Shown piece after piece: positions 10,761-22,711 of a DNA stretch of 64,000 nt (the stretch's first letter is position 1; each line of letters begins with the position of its first letter). The notes below the pieces were generated by a model, which did no database searches, had not been told where the DNA came from, and saw only the letters and a program-made list of their open reading frames with translations. This stretch comes from Cyanophyceae cyanobacterium (GTDB lineage: Bacteria; Cyanobacteriota; Cyanobacteriia; Cyanobacteriales; JBHJGN01): the NCBI GenBank assembly GCA_050331735.1, contig JBHJGN010000044.1:32001-96000 (forward strand). The letters are read 5' to 3'. The position numbers and the translations under genes are program-made.

Positions 10761-10958
10761 ATGCCGTTCACTCCAAAGACAGTTCGGTTCATCAACCCAA
10801 TCACTCTCACTCAAATGAAGCGGAGTAGCTATTTAATTAATCCCTGTCGCGGTTCAGTCGTAGACGAACGGGCAATTGTTGAGACTTTGGCTGTAGGGCA
10901 ATTGGCCGGTTATGCCGCTGATGTGTTAGCGATGGAAGATTGGGCTAGAGGCGATTTC
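10761..10958 (+). pseudogene. ptxD: Internal fragment of phosphite dehydrogenase
   Basis: LINPCRGSVVDE...LAGYAADVLAMEDWAR matches the PtxD signature NPCRGSVVDE/YAADVFEMEDWAR; N-terminus and catalytic His region absent. Confidence 0.8.
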
Positions 10959-10960
10959 CC

Positions 10961-11851
10961 TTACATCACTGCCTCACTAGGAATGCCACCACTAGCAAAG
11001 GGATTGCTGCTGAGGTCAACATCGCTAGGAACATTGGGAAAGACCTGCTCAAAGCTGGTAACGCCCACTTCCGACAAACTTCCCCAAGGAGAGGCTTGAA
11101 ATAGCTGATCGAGGTCGCTACCGCTACCCATGCTGTCGCCAGAACTGCCTAAGTCCCACTGGTAGTTACTATCGTTATTGGGAGCATTACCGACATTACC
11201 CATTGGTATTCCTTCCATCGAAGGGCTTTCCTCACTCCGAGTCATCCAACCATTATCATTACCGAAGGTAGAAATGTTATTCCCCAAGTAATCGTTCGAG
11301 CCAGACTCACTGATGCGAAATTGTTCAAACAGCGTTCCATCGCTATCGGTAAGTTCTAGAGTTTGATTCGTGCCGACGACAAGCGGTCCACTATTAGCAT
11401 CGCTCGAGTTGCTAGGTACTAAGTTTTCTCCTCCGAAAGAAGATGACTCATCACTGGGAACAATTTTAAAAGTAATGTTGGTTCCAACTAGCAAAGGTTC
11501 ACCATCCAGGCTTGGTGGTTCACCGCCGTACATCGGGTTTTCATCCTGACGCTCCATCCAGGAGCTATCATCGCCAGTCGTGATGTTAGAGCCAAGGTAG
11601 TTATTGAAGCCATCGGTAGAAATTCCCAATTGCTCAAGCAAACTGTTACTATCGCTGATTTCTATGGTTAAATTAGTGCCTACTGCTAAGGGAGCATCAC
11701 TGTCAGCACTAGACTGGCTGTTGCTGTTAGAAGAATCTAGTTTAACGGTGGTATTTGTAGCGACAATTAAAGGTTCACCACTGCTCCCAAACTGATTCTC
11801 GTTGAATAAAACGTCATTGTTGCTAGTTTGGTTTATTGCATTATCTTCCAC
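10961..11851 (-). CDS. Acidic Ser/Asn/Asp/Gly-rich protein with internal duplication
   Basis: GTG start with AGGA RBS; four PLxV(G/A)TNxT motifs in two repeat units. Confidence 0.75.
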   Translation of the reverse strand: MEDNAINQTSNNDVLFNENQFGSSGEPLIVATNTTVKLDSSNSNSQSSADSDAPLAVGTNLTIEISDSNSLLEQLGISTDGFNNYLGSNITTGDDSSWMERQDENPMYGGEPPSLDGEPLLVGTNITFKIVPSDESSSFGGENLVPSNSSDANSGPLVVGTNQTLELTDSDGTLFEQFRISESGSNDYLGNNISTFGNDNGWMTRSEESPSMEGIPMGNVGNAPNNDSNYQWDLGSSGDSMGSGSDLDQLFQASPWGSLSEVGVTSFEQVFPNVPSDVDLSSNPFASGGIPSEAVM

Positions 11852-12262
11852 TGGTCATTCTCCTAGCCGCTTTATTGGCTTTTAGTATTAATATTTGAAA
11901 AGTTTAGGTTCAACAATTACCGAATATTGCCGTTATCCCCTCAAGCACAATAGATAAAGAACCCGTTGAAAACTCAGTAAGCGATCAAGAATACAGTTCA
12001 AAATCTTGCTTACAGATGTTTTTGACAGGAAAACAGGGTTGTCTGTTTATCAGCAAAACTAAAGGCCAGAGTACTTAATGCAAATCTTATAAAAGCTCAA
12101 GCTGATTTTTAATGACAAAACCTTTCTATTGACTTGCTGATTTTTTGAAGTTTTCTATTGATGCAAGTTCGACTAGAATATTATTGGCAGCAAGCTTGCG
12201 CAAGAAAAATTGTGAAAGCTGCTAGAGGAGAAGGATTGATCGGTGCTAGAAAGCGATCGCAT

Positions 12263-12655
12263 CTAATCTAACTGCTTCAATGGCAGTGCCACTAAATCCT
12301 CAATCTTTTTAATGTTGGGATCGCCTGCTAAGTAACCGATCCCGCGATGGAGATGGAGGCGGAACTGATGAGCTAACGTTTCACGCTCTGTGCCTAAGCC
12401 ATCGCTGTAGCAGCGCTGCTCAAGCGCAATGGTTAAAATATCGGCTATTTCTCCGCCAAATACCTGCCAGGTTAACTCAACGTTGCTATCAGCAGGAATG
12501 GGAACAGGAGAGGGAATGCTTGGTTCTGCGAGAGAACGACAAAATGCCCAGCGACAAAGAACGTTCCACTGGGAAATTTTGGTGTATCGCTTGAGTTTAA
12601 TTAACTGATCTTTAGCAGTTTGCGAAAGGCGAATGCGGTCTACTGGCGATTCCAT
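12263..12655 (-). CDS. dndE: DNA sulfur modification (phosphorothioation) protein DndE
   Basis: RIRLSQTAKDQLIKLKRYT...WNVLCRWAFCRSL, NVELTWQVFGGE, FRLHLHRGIGYL. Confidence 0.92.
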   Translation of the reverse strand: MESPVDRIRLSQTAKDQLIKLKRYTKISQWNVLCRWAFCRSLAEPSIPSPVPIPADSNVELTWQVFGGEIADILTIALEQRCYSDGLGTERETLAHQFRLHLHRGIGYLAGDPNIKKIEDLVALPLKQLD

Positions 12656-12724
12656 ACTCGTCCTAATTTTAGGAGCGAAAGAAGATAGCTTAGATATTCT
12701 ATCTTCCCCTACCTAGGTTCTCAA

Positions 12725-14113
12725 CTACGACTGTGCGATTGGTAGCCGCACTTGGAAACAAGTACGTCCTGGCTCAGAATCAACGCGGATGTTGCCGCTG
12801 TGTCTTTTAACGACAATCCGCCGCACAATGTCAAGCCCTAAACCACTGCCGCCGCCGACTCGTTTAGTGGTAAAGAAAGGATCGAAGATACGGGGCTGAA
12901 CGGCTTTAGGAATGCCGGGTCCGTTATCCTCTATTTCTACGAGAATGCAGTCGTTCTCTAGGGCAGTGCGAATGGTAATTTCTCCTTTGCCCTCCATCGC
13001 GTCGATGGCATTATCGAGTAGATTAGTCCACACCTGATTCAGTTCCCCACCGTGAGCGCTAATTCTCGGTAGATCCGGATCGTATTCCCGATGAACAGCG
13101 ACACCGTGTTTGAGCTTGTGATGCAGAATCGTGAGGGTGCTTTCTAACCCTTCGCGAATATCGATTTCCTGCAGAGGAGCGCGATCCATATAAGAATAGC
13201 TTTTGATAGCGCATACCAGTTCAGAAATTCGACCCGTACTCTGCTCAATCTCGTTGATCAGTCCATTCAAATTGAGGCTTCCCTCCAGCCATACCATCGC
13301 CTCAGCAAACGCTTCTGCCTCCATCTGCTGAGCGAGGGGATCTAAGTGAGCCGGCGTTAGCCCAGCAGCGACAAACGTAGGAGCCATATCCCAGCTATTA
13401 GCAACACCTTGCTCCTCTAGCCAGTCTGCCAACTCGTCCTCGCGATCGCTCTGCTCCAGAGGAGACAATGAGGAGGACGATGTCAACTGAGCGATCGCCT
13501 GCTGATAGAGATCCTTGAGCATTTCTCGCTCTGGCGCTGCAAACTGCTTGCCTCTCAAGCTGAGCATGTGAGACTGAAGGGCATCGATGGCGGTACGAAG
13601 CTGTTTGGCGGCTCGGCGTCCGGCAGCGGCAGGGTTGTTAAGTTCGTGGGCGAGTCCTGCCGAGAGTTTCCCGAGAGCCGCCAACTTATCCTGCTGGCGC
13701 ATCTGCCGTTCAATCTCTTTTGTCCGCTCTGCCATCACCGGGATCAGCAGATCGCGCAACTGCGGACAGCGATTGAGGATTTCTTTAAAGTGTTCCACAT
13801 CGAACCGCAACAGGCGACTTCTGCGCACTGCGCGTCCGGCAGCGAGGGTTTCTCCTCCGGTCAGCAGAGACAGTTCGCCAATAAAGTCACCGCGCTCTCC
13901 TTTAATTCCTAGCACCATCTCCTCGTCGTTGACCTTTTTCGTCAACCGAATTGCGCCTTCTAAAATTACGTGGAAGTCATAGGTGGAATCTCCTTCACCG
14001 AAAAGTAAATCCCCCGGTTCTAGAACAATTTCGGTGCCGCATTCGGCTAGTTTCTGAATTTGTTCTTCTGATAACTTGGCTTGAATGGTGGGGCTAGATA
14101 AGGCTTGTGTCAT
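12725..14113 (-). CDS. Cytoplasmic histidine kinase with N-terminal cNMP-binding domain
   Basis: LFGEGD...GDFIGELSLL, H-box AGLAHELNNP, N-box LNQVWTNLLDNA, DNGPGIP, FFTTK, GSGLGL. Confidence 0.92.
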   Translation of the reverse strand: MTQALSSPTIQAKLSEEQIQKLAECGTEIVLEPGDLLFGEGDSTYDFHVILEGAIRLTKKVNDEEMVLGIKGERGDFIGELSLLTGGETLAAGRAVRRSRLLRFDVEHFKEILNRCPQLRDLLIPVMAERTKEIERQMRQQDKLAALGKLSAGLAHELNNPAAAGRRAAKQLRTAIDALQSHMLSLRGKQFAAPEREMLKDLYQQAIAQLTSSSSLSPLEQSDREDELADWLEEQGVANSWDMAPTFVAAGLTPAHLDPLAQQMEAEAFAEAMVWLEGSLNLNGLINEIEQSTGRISELVCAIKSYSYMDRAPLQEIDIREGLESTLTILHHKLKHGVAVHREYDPDLPRISAHGGELNQVWTNLLDNAIDAMEGKGEITIRTALENDCILVEIEDNGPGIPKAVQPRIFDPFFTTKRVGGGSGLGLDIVRRIVVKRHSGNIRVDSEPGRTCFQVRLPIAQS

Positions 14114-15777
14114 GCTTTGACCTCGCTGAGATACTGGTGAACGAACATAATGGCAATCGACCCTTCACCGACACCTGAAGCCACGCGCTTCACGGAATTG
14201 TGGCGGACGTCTCCGGCAACAAAGATTCCGGGAACGCTTGTTTCTAACAAAAACGGTTCGCGCTCTAGATGCCAACCCCGAGAGCGATCGCGCTGGCGCT
14301 TGGTATCCGGTCCAGCCAGAATAAATCCTCTCTTGTCTCGTTCAACAACGCCGTCTAGCCAATCTGTTTCTGGCTTAGCACCAATGAAGATAAATAGAGA
14401 ATTGGCCGCCACCGTTTCTTTCTCCCTAGTATCGTTGCGCAGAATCGTAATCGCCTCTAAGCTGGTGTCGCCCTTCGCTTCGACAACTTCAGAATTAGTT
14501 TGTACCGTGATGTTATCGGTGGCTTCGATCTGGTCGATGAGATACTGAGACATACTTTTGGTTAACGAGTCACCCCGCACCAGCATGGTAACCTGCCGAG
14601 CATACTGGGAAAAATACATTGCGGCTTGTCCGGCAGAATTGGCTCCACCGACGAGGTAAACATCTTCATTGCTACAGGCCACCGCTTCGGTTTTGGCAGC
14701 ACCATAGTAAACACCGCGCCCCGTTAATTCCTCACAGCCAGGAACGTTCAGCCGCCGCCAGTATACGCCTGTGGCAATCAGCACCGCATGGGAGCTAATT
14801 TCGCTGCCGTCAGCAAGAGTGATAATGCGGTAAGGCTCTTCGACTCGGATTTCCTTGGCTTCTTGGGGAGTGAGAATTTCGACCCCAAATCGTCTGGCCT
14901 GGGTGACGGCGCGACGCGCTAAGTCTCCACCGCTTAAACCCACTGGAAACCCTAAATAGTTTTCAATGCGAGAACTAGAGCCAGCCTGTCCGCCAGGGGC
15001 TTCTCGCTCAATCATCACGGTGGTTAATCCTTCTGAAGCCCCGTAGACGGCGGCAGCTAACCCAGCAGGGCCGCCGCCAATAATGACTAAATCGTAGAAG
15101 GGGCACTCTGCTTGAGTTTGTAGCCCAATTTTCTCGGCAATCTCTAGGTTGGAGGGCCTTTCTAGACGTTTTCCATCCGGGAACAGCACGAGGGGCAGTT
15201 GAGGTTTGTGGTCATTCGTGGCCCACTCTAGCAACTGCTGTCCCTCTTCCTGCTCCACATCTAACCATTGATAGGGAATGTGATTGCGGGCCAAAAAGTC
15301 TTTGGCCTGGTGGGAACAGGGGGACCAGCGATCACCGACCACGCGAATCCCTTCAAAGGCAGGACGATAAACGGCGAGCCAGTCATCGAGCAGGTCGTCA
15401 AGGACGGGATAGAGCTGCTCCTCTGGCGGATCCCACGGTTTGAGCAAGTAGTAGTCTAGTCTGGCTGAGTTGATGGCGCGGATGGCGGCTTCGGTGTCTG
15501 CGTAGGCCGTCAGCAGAACGCGCTTCGCTTCTGGAAAGAGCGGAGCGGCTTGTTCAACAAATTCCACTCCCGACATCTGCGGCATGCGCTGATCGACCAA
15601 AAACAGCGACACGGCTTCGTTCCGTAGCTTCAGTTCCTGAATGGCTGCTAACGCTGAGGAACCGGAGTTAGCGCGAATGATGCGAAAGCGATCGCCATAC
15701 TGCCGTCGCAAGTCGCGGGCAACTGCCTGTAAAACTTCTGGATCGTCGTCAACGGTTAGGATTGCAGGTTTAGCCAT
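14110..15777 (-). CDS. Receiver domain fused to a glutaredoxin-like domain and a thioredoxin-reductase-like FAD oxidoreductase
   Basis: ILTVDDD/LVDQRMP/LLKPW receiver; IIGGGPAG, IENYLGFP, GGANSAG and FVAGDV oxidoreductase motifs. Confidence 0.92.
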   Translation of the reverse strand: MAKPAILTVDDDPEVLQAVARDLRRQYGDRFRIIRANSGSSALAAIQELKLRNEAVSLFLVDQRMPQMSGVEFVEQAAPLFPEAKRVLLTAYADTEAAIRAINSARLDYYLLKPWDPPEEQLYPVLDDLLDDWLAVYRPAFEGIRVVGDRWSPCSHQAKDFLARNHIPYQWLDVEQEEGQQLLEWATNDHKPQLPLVLFPDGKRLERPSNLEIAEKIGLQTQAECPFYDLVIIGGGPAGLAAAVYGASEGLTTVMIEREAPGGQAGSSSRIENYLGFPVGLSGGDLARRAVTQARRFGVEILTPQEAKEIRVEEPYRIITLADGSEISSHAVLIATGVYWRRLNVPGCEELTGRGVYYGAAKTEAVACSNEDVYLVGGANSAGQAAMYFSQYARQVTMLVRGDSLTKSMSQYLIDQIEATDNITVQTNSEVVEAKGDTSLEAITILRNDTREKETVAANSLFIFIGAKPETDWLDGVVERDKRGFILAGPDTKRQRDRSRGWHLEREPFLLETSVPGIFVAGDVRHNSVKRVASGVGEGSIAIMFVHQYLSEVKA

Positions 15778-15864
15778 TGCTTCGATGATTAATAGTACTT
15801 TCGGTTACTAGGTTCGGAGCGTAGTCACGTGCTCCCGCTACTCTTTGATTTTCTACTGGTCAAC

Positions 15865-16491
15865 CTACAAATTGCAGGTCATCAAGCGGTTTAAGAAGAA
15901 GTTGGTCATTTTTGAGCCGTAAGGGGAGTTCCACCACCGAGAAGGATGGCAGCCAAGAGGCGCATTAAGAGAATAATCTAGTTCGTTACAGGGTTTCCAG
16001 CGGTTGTTTTCGCGCCAGCCCACCTTTTCTCCCCATTGTTCAATAATTTTTTGATCCTGAACAATGGTGGCATTAAGATCTCCTCCGACTTCCTGATAAA
16101 GACGTAGCTGCGGTGTAAAGCCAAAGCGACCCTGACTATACTTATTCCACAGTTGATCAATCACTCTCAAGTCGTTGCAGGGAAATCGTTGAATCTCGTT
16201 AGGGCTTAGCTCTTCTTGTGCGAGTCCGGCGATATCTAAAATTAGCCGAATTGTTTCCTTGTCTGCTTCAAACCAGTTTCCGTCTGCTAAATACTGTCGC
16301 AGTCCATCATACCGATGAACATCTGCCACCATCATTAAGTTTTCTTCTAATCGAGAAACTTTGTCAGACAGAGAGGATAGTTGATTAAGCTGGGGCTGAA
16401 TTTGAGATAGTTGGCTACAGAGTTGCTGTAGCTGGTTCTTAATTTCGGATAGGTCTGAATTCACGACGTTATCTTCATTGCTATTTACCAT
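15865..16491 (-). CDS. GUN4-domain protein with N-terminal coiled coil
   Basis: WFEADKET, FPCNDLRVIDQLWNKYSQGRFGF, APLGCHP. Confidence 0.88.
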   Translation of the reverse strand: MVNSNEDNVVNSDLSEIKNQLQQLCSQLSQIQPQLNQLSSLSDKVSRLEENLMMVADVHRYDGLRQYLADGNWFEADKETIRLILDIAGLAQEELSPNEIQRFPCNDLRVIDQLWNKYSQGRFGFTPQLRLYQEVGGDLNATIVQDQKIIEQWGEKVGWRENNRWKPCNELDYSLNAPLGCHPSRWWNSPYGSKMTNFFLNRLMTCNL

Positions 16492-17176
16492 AAATCAATG
16501 TCAATCCAATAAAATGTATCGAGCTTTACTTAGAGGACAGTAGGGCTTTTACTTAGTGTAGCGTTTTCAGTGGCTCGTTATTAATTGCTAGTTATCAATT
16601 GGGCTTTGCTAGTTTCTCTTAAAGATTGATGTTAAGCCGTATGAGAACACTCAACAGTTGACCCTACTTGAATAAAAAACAAGGCTAATAACTACTAAAT
16701 GACCTAGACAGCCAACTTATAGTAACAGTTTTTTAAAGGCTTTAGTTGGCTGAGGACAACAAAAAAGACGGCTTTAATATAAATATGGCCGCTATTTATT
16801 TCTCAAAAAACTTTTTTATTTTTTGATTGTCTGTTTAACTATAAGTCTATAAATAAGAAATAGAATTTGAGCGCAGCGTTAAATTAAATAAGCGAGATTT
16901 TATTTGCATTTCCCCTGAATTTATTTGGCTTAATCAAGCGCTAGTTCTAATCTTTAAAACAGGCTCTAAGCATTCCTGATATTTCGAGAACAACGGCCAT
17001 CTTGTCTGTTTTTTAAAGGAGTTAGGGCGGGCAAACGTCTCTTGTCAAGCTTGCTCTTTTTAAAGCTTCTGTAAACTTATCACCAAGAAAAATAAGATTC
17101 TGTAAAAGCTTTCGTTGCAGGATGATGACTAAAAGAAAGCAGGCTATTTTGGGTTTATACACCTAAGACCGCGCCG

Positions 17177-17383
17177 ATGAAAACTATGTTTAAATCTCAA
17201 CAACATTCTTCTAGTCAGCAGGGCTTTACCCAGACACTGAAAGCGCTCTTCTGGTTAGATCTAAAAGCGAGAGCTGGCAGGAGACAACCGCAACAGTCTG
17301 AAGTCAATGATTCTAAATACAGTATGATCGATTTCCTTGAGGAAGTCGCGCTACTACAGGCTCACCAAGACAGCACTCAATAA
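17177..17383 (+). CDS. Small hypothetical protein
   Basis: 68-aa ATG ORF at the end of an AT-rich promoter region, ending just before the structured RNA. Confidence 0.55.
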   Translation: MKTMFKSQQHSSSQQGFTQTLKALFWLDLKARAGRRQPQQSEVNDSKYSMIDFLEEVALLQAHQDSTQ

Positions 17384-17391
17384 ATCTTTAA

Positions 17392-17575
17392 CAGTTGACG
17401 CCGTTTGTTCCTCAACGTTCAGCCGAAGAAGGTTTAGGCTCCAGGGCAGCCTCAAATTTCGAGGTTCCCTGGGAACCAGGCACTGAGTGCTTTGAGAACC
17501 CCTAATCTATGAAAACGACTTCGCCAACCGGGGGGACGGCTGTGATAAGTAAGCTCCGCTCGTTCGTCAAGGGCA
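17392..17575 (+). ncRNA. 6S-like RNA (ssrS/ssaA family, possibly a divergent paralogue)
   Basis: About 180 nt; ends pair (TTGACG 17395 / CGTCAA 17565), CAGCCG/CGGCTG pair, hairpin 17441-17472; AAGAAGGTTTAGGCTCC and GAACCAGGCA resemble cyanobacterial 6S segments as I recall them. Confidence 0.55.
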
Positions 17576-17631
17576 ACTCAGGCGATATTACGATGCTTCC
17601 GAAACTAGAAGTTAACAGGGAAAATTCGAGC

Positions 17632-18045
17632 ATGAAAAATAAACATCAAAAACACATTCACTACAACATTATGGAATGGCTGGTCCTTCAGGAAGTAAAT
17701 CAGCAACTGACAGCTTATCCAGCAACGCTGAGGCGGTATATTAACCGAGTAGAAGTTGTGTCCTTTGCTCTTAATCATTTGCCTTCCCTTTATGCTTCAT
17801 CTCAACGAGGTTTCGAGCAGCAGCAGCAACGAGGCTACCAGTTACAATCTCAGATTCAAACAGCCGTACAGCGAGGTTTTGCGGCGGTTCAAAGAGATCC
17901 CCTCAGAAAATCTACTCCTTTAACCACTCAAGCTGTAGCATCGGCAACTCTCCCAGACGGGCGTAATTCACAGGTAGCTACCCATCAAGGATTGAAGGAC
18001 CGCAGGCAAGCATTCGACTGGAACGACGCACGCTACTGCCGATAG
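17632..18045 (+). CDS. ComFB family protein
   Basis: NIMEWLVLQEV, VVSFALNHLPSLYASS, AAVQRDPLR; start refined to ATG 17632 because the longer ORF overlaps the RNA. Confidence 0.88.
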   Translation: MKNKHQKHIHYNIMEWLVLQEVNQQLTAYPATLRRYINRVEVVSFALNHLPSLYASSQRGFEQQQQRGYQLQSQIQTAVQRGFAAVQRDPLRKSTPLTTQAVASATLPDGRNSQVATHQGLKDRRQAFDWNDARYCR

Positions 18046-18123
18046 AACAGGGGCGTTGCTGAATCAGATCCGACTGGAGTTGATTGTTGGCGGTCGGTAG
18101 CAATCCATCGATTTCGAGCAGAT

Positions 18124-19041
18124 TTAGTTAAGGCAGTATTGCTTATAAACGACTCTTGCTGCCCGATGCAGTAGTGAATGCCGATAGACTAGAGCCTGGA
18201 AGTCTTTAGCATAACCGCCACCAATCACGCTGGCCACTGGATAGCCAGCAGCCAAACAGGTACTTAAAACCTGCATCTCACGACGGTAGATCCCCGTATC
18301 GGTGAGCGCTAGTTTGCCGAGGCGATCGCCAACATGAGTATCAACACCAGCGTCGTAGAGAACTAAATCCGGTTTAACCTGCACGAGCAGATCGCCCAGG
18401 TACTCAGCCAAAATCTGCAAATAGCCATCGTCATCCAGTCCGACTGGCAGCGGCACATCCAGATCACTCGTCTGTTTCTTCCCGGGGAAATTCGCCTCGC
18501 AGTGCATTGAGAAGGTAAATACGCTCTTGTCGTCTTGAAAAATCCAGGCAGTGCCGTCACCTTGATGAACGTCTAAATCCACAATCAGGATTTTTTGCAC
18601 CCAGCCCAGTTTTTGAAGAACGCGGGCGGCGATCGCCAAATCGTTGAAAATGCAAAACCCCGATCCAAAGCTAGGAAAAGCATGGTGGGTTCCTCCTGCC
18701 GTATTGCAGGCACACCCATGCCGCAGCGCTAGCTGACTAGCGAGAATCGTTCCTCCCACAGCCGTACAGGTACGAGTCACCAGTTCCCGACTCCAGGGTA
18801 ACCCAATGCGCCGTTGTGCTTTCGGGTCGAGGGTGCCTTCGCAGTAAGCCTGAACGTACTCTGAGGTGTGAACGAGTTCAATCATTTCTCTAGAGGGTTT
18901 TTCAGGAACGTGAATTTGTGGCGGCTCAATCACACCGTCTCTCAGCAGCAAGTCCCGCAGATGTTTAAACTTAGGCATGGGAAAACGATGACCTTCCGGC
19001 AGAGGGACAACGTAATCTGGGTGGTAAATAATCGGTAACAT
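18124..19041 (-). CDS. Histone deacetylase family protein
   Basis: HRFPMPKF, GGTHHA, GFCIFND, DLDVHQGDG, GGGY. Confidence 0.93.
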   Translation of the reverse strand: MLPIIYHPDYVVPLPEGHRFPMPKFKHLRDLLLRDGVIEPPQIHVPEKPSREMIELVHTSEYVQAYCEGTLDPKAQRRIGLPWSRELVTRTCTAVGGTILASQLALRHGCACNTAGGTHHAFPSFGSGFCIFNDLAIAARVLQKLGWVQKILIVDLDVHQGDGTAWIFQDDKSVFTFSMHCEANFPGKKQTSDLDVPLPVGLDDDGYLQILAEYLGDLLVQVKPDLVLYDAGVDTHVGDRLGKLALTDTGIYRREMQVLSTCLAAGYPVASVIGGGYAKDFQALVYRHSLLHRAARVVYKQYCLN

Positions 19042-19160
19042 CTACAAGCTTTGCTGATCAGATAGTCAACTTCTGCACAGGAGCACAATGGAGCCATCGG
19101 AAGCTCAGTAGATTGTGCTTAATGCTTTAGAAACAGTCGTAGACTAGGGATGTGTTCCTT

Positions 19161-19192
19161 TCCCCCTTCCCCTTTCCCCGTCGCGGAGAGAC

Positions 19193-19195
<3 letters not shown>
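19161..19195. repeat. Dispersed REP-like element (TTTCCCC heptamers plus GTCGCGGAG[A/C]GAC)
   Basis: TTCCCCTTTCCCCGTCGCGGAG(A/C)GACTT also occurs at about 50721-50748. Confidence 0.6.
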
Positions 19196-21829
<2,634 letters not shown>

Positions 21830-21958
21830 GCATCAACCGAAATTAGCCTCATACAAGACAAAGTAAAAGGGCGATTTCACTGCTTCGCTTCATAAACTAA
21901 GATTCACTATAAATTTTACTCGTAAAAACAAACGCTCTGCGTCAATCGCTAATCCCTG

Positions 21959-22426
21959 CTAGGGTTTACCAACGTTGGGGGAACAATTTAGCTGCTGAAA
22001 TTCGCGCTCTAGTAAAGTCACTAAACTATTTTTTTGATTTCTTTTAGCTACCTGTAAACGACGTTCTAAGTTACGTCGAATGGTATCTAAGTGAATTTGA
22101 GCTAGCTCAACGCAGCACTCGGAGCGCCAGTTGTTTCGCGGAGGTTGCCTCTGCGAAAGTTTGGCACAACGATTGCCAAGTGACCGTTGAGTAACTTGTG
22201 AACTCTCTTGCCCTCCTAATACTGGACAGAGTTCCTGCCCAAAGGCACACTCTTTTCGCGTTGATGAGCGGAGGACTCGGTTTTGCCGATGAGACCGAGG
22301 CAAACTGTAGGGAGTATGTCTAGGATATTGATAGGTTCGATCTCCTAGACGAGAGCCAATATCAACTTCGCTCTCAATTCCGAGGTTGAGTGGTTCGGTG
22401 TTGTAGATGCTGTAGTTGGTCTTCAT
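21959..22426 (-). CDS. Degenerate DUF4278-like protein with PirA-like C-terminal helix
   Basis: YQYPRH...HRQNR resembles DUF4278; IHLDTIRRNLERRLQVAKRNQKNSLVTLLERE resembles PirA. Confidence 0.6.
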   Translation of the reverse strand: MKTNYSIYNTEPLNLGIESEVDIGSRLGDRTYQYPRHTPYSLPRSHRQNRVLRSSTRKECAFGQELCPVLGGQESSQVTQRSLGNRCAKLSQRQPPRNNWRSECCVELAQIHLDTIRRNLERRLQVAKRNQKNSLVTLLEREFQQLNCSPNVGKP

Positions 22427-22435
22427 GAATAGTGG

Positions 22436-22618
22436 CTAGCGAGTATAGTGAATACCCCGGTAGGTTAGCTCAACAGGCTGATGGCGATGCTGCTGTCGTT
22501 TGACTACCCGATGAACTCTCCAAGGAGAACCGCGATAAATACCGCCAACTTCACCTTCTATTACTTTAATGTCAGCGGGGTGGTAATTATATTCAGCACC
22601 ATGAAATGACAGTTTCAT
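22436..22618 (-). CDS. DUF4278 domain protein
   Basis: MKLSFHGAEY...GEVGGIYRG...LTYRGIHY; GGAG RBS. Confidence 0.85.
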   Translation of the reverse strand: MKLSFHGAEYNYHPADIKVIEGEVGGIYRGSPWRVHRVVKRQQHRHQPVELTYRGIHYTR

Positions 22619-22711
22619 CTTTAGTCTCCAATCTCAAGTGGGTTTGTCGTTTGAATGGGTATTTACTGTTTTTGTATCAGCAGACCCGATAACATATATT
22701 TTTTTATATTC

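Noticed and set aside
10959..11099. C-terminal part of the 119-aa + strand ORF
   Set aside because: Antisense read-through into the convergent gene; only the first part is PtxD-like
17509..17631. N-terminal extension of the ComFB ORF in the track
   Set aside because: It overlaps the structured RNA; the ComFB domain starts after ATG 17632
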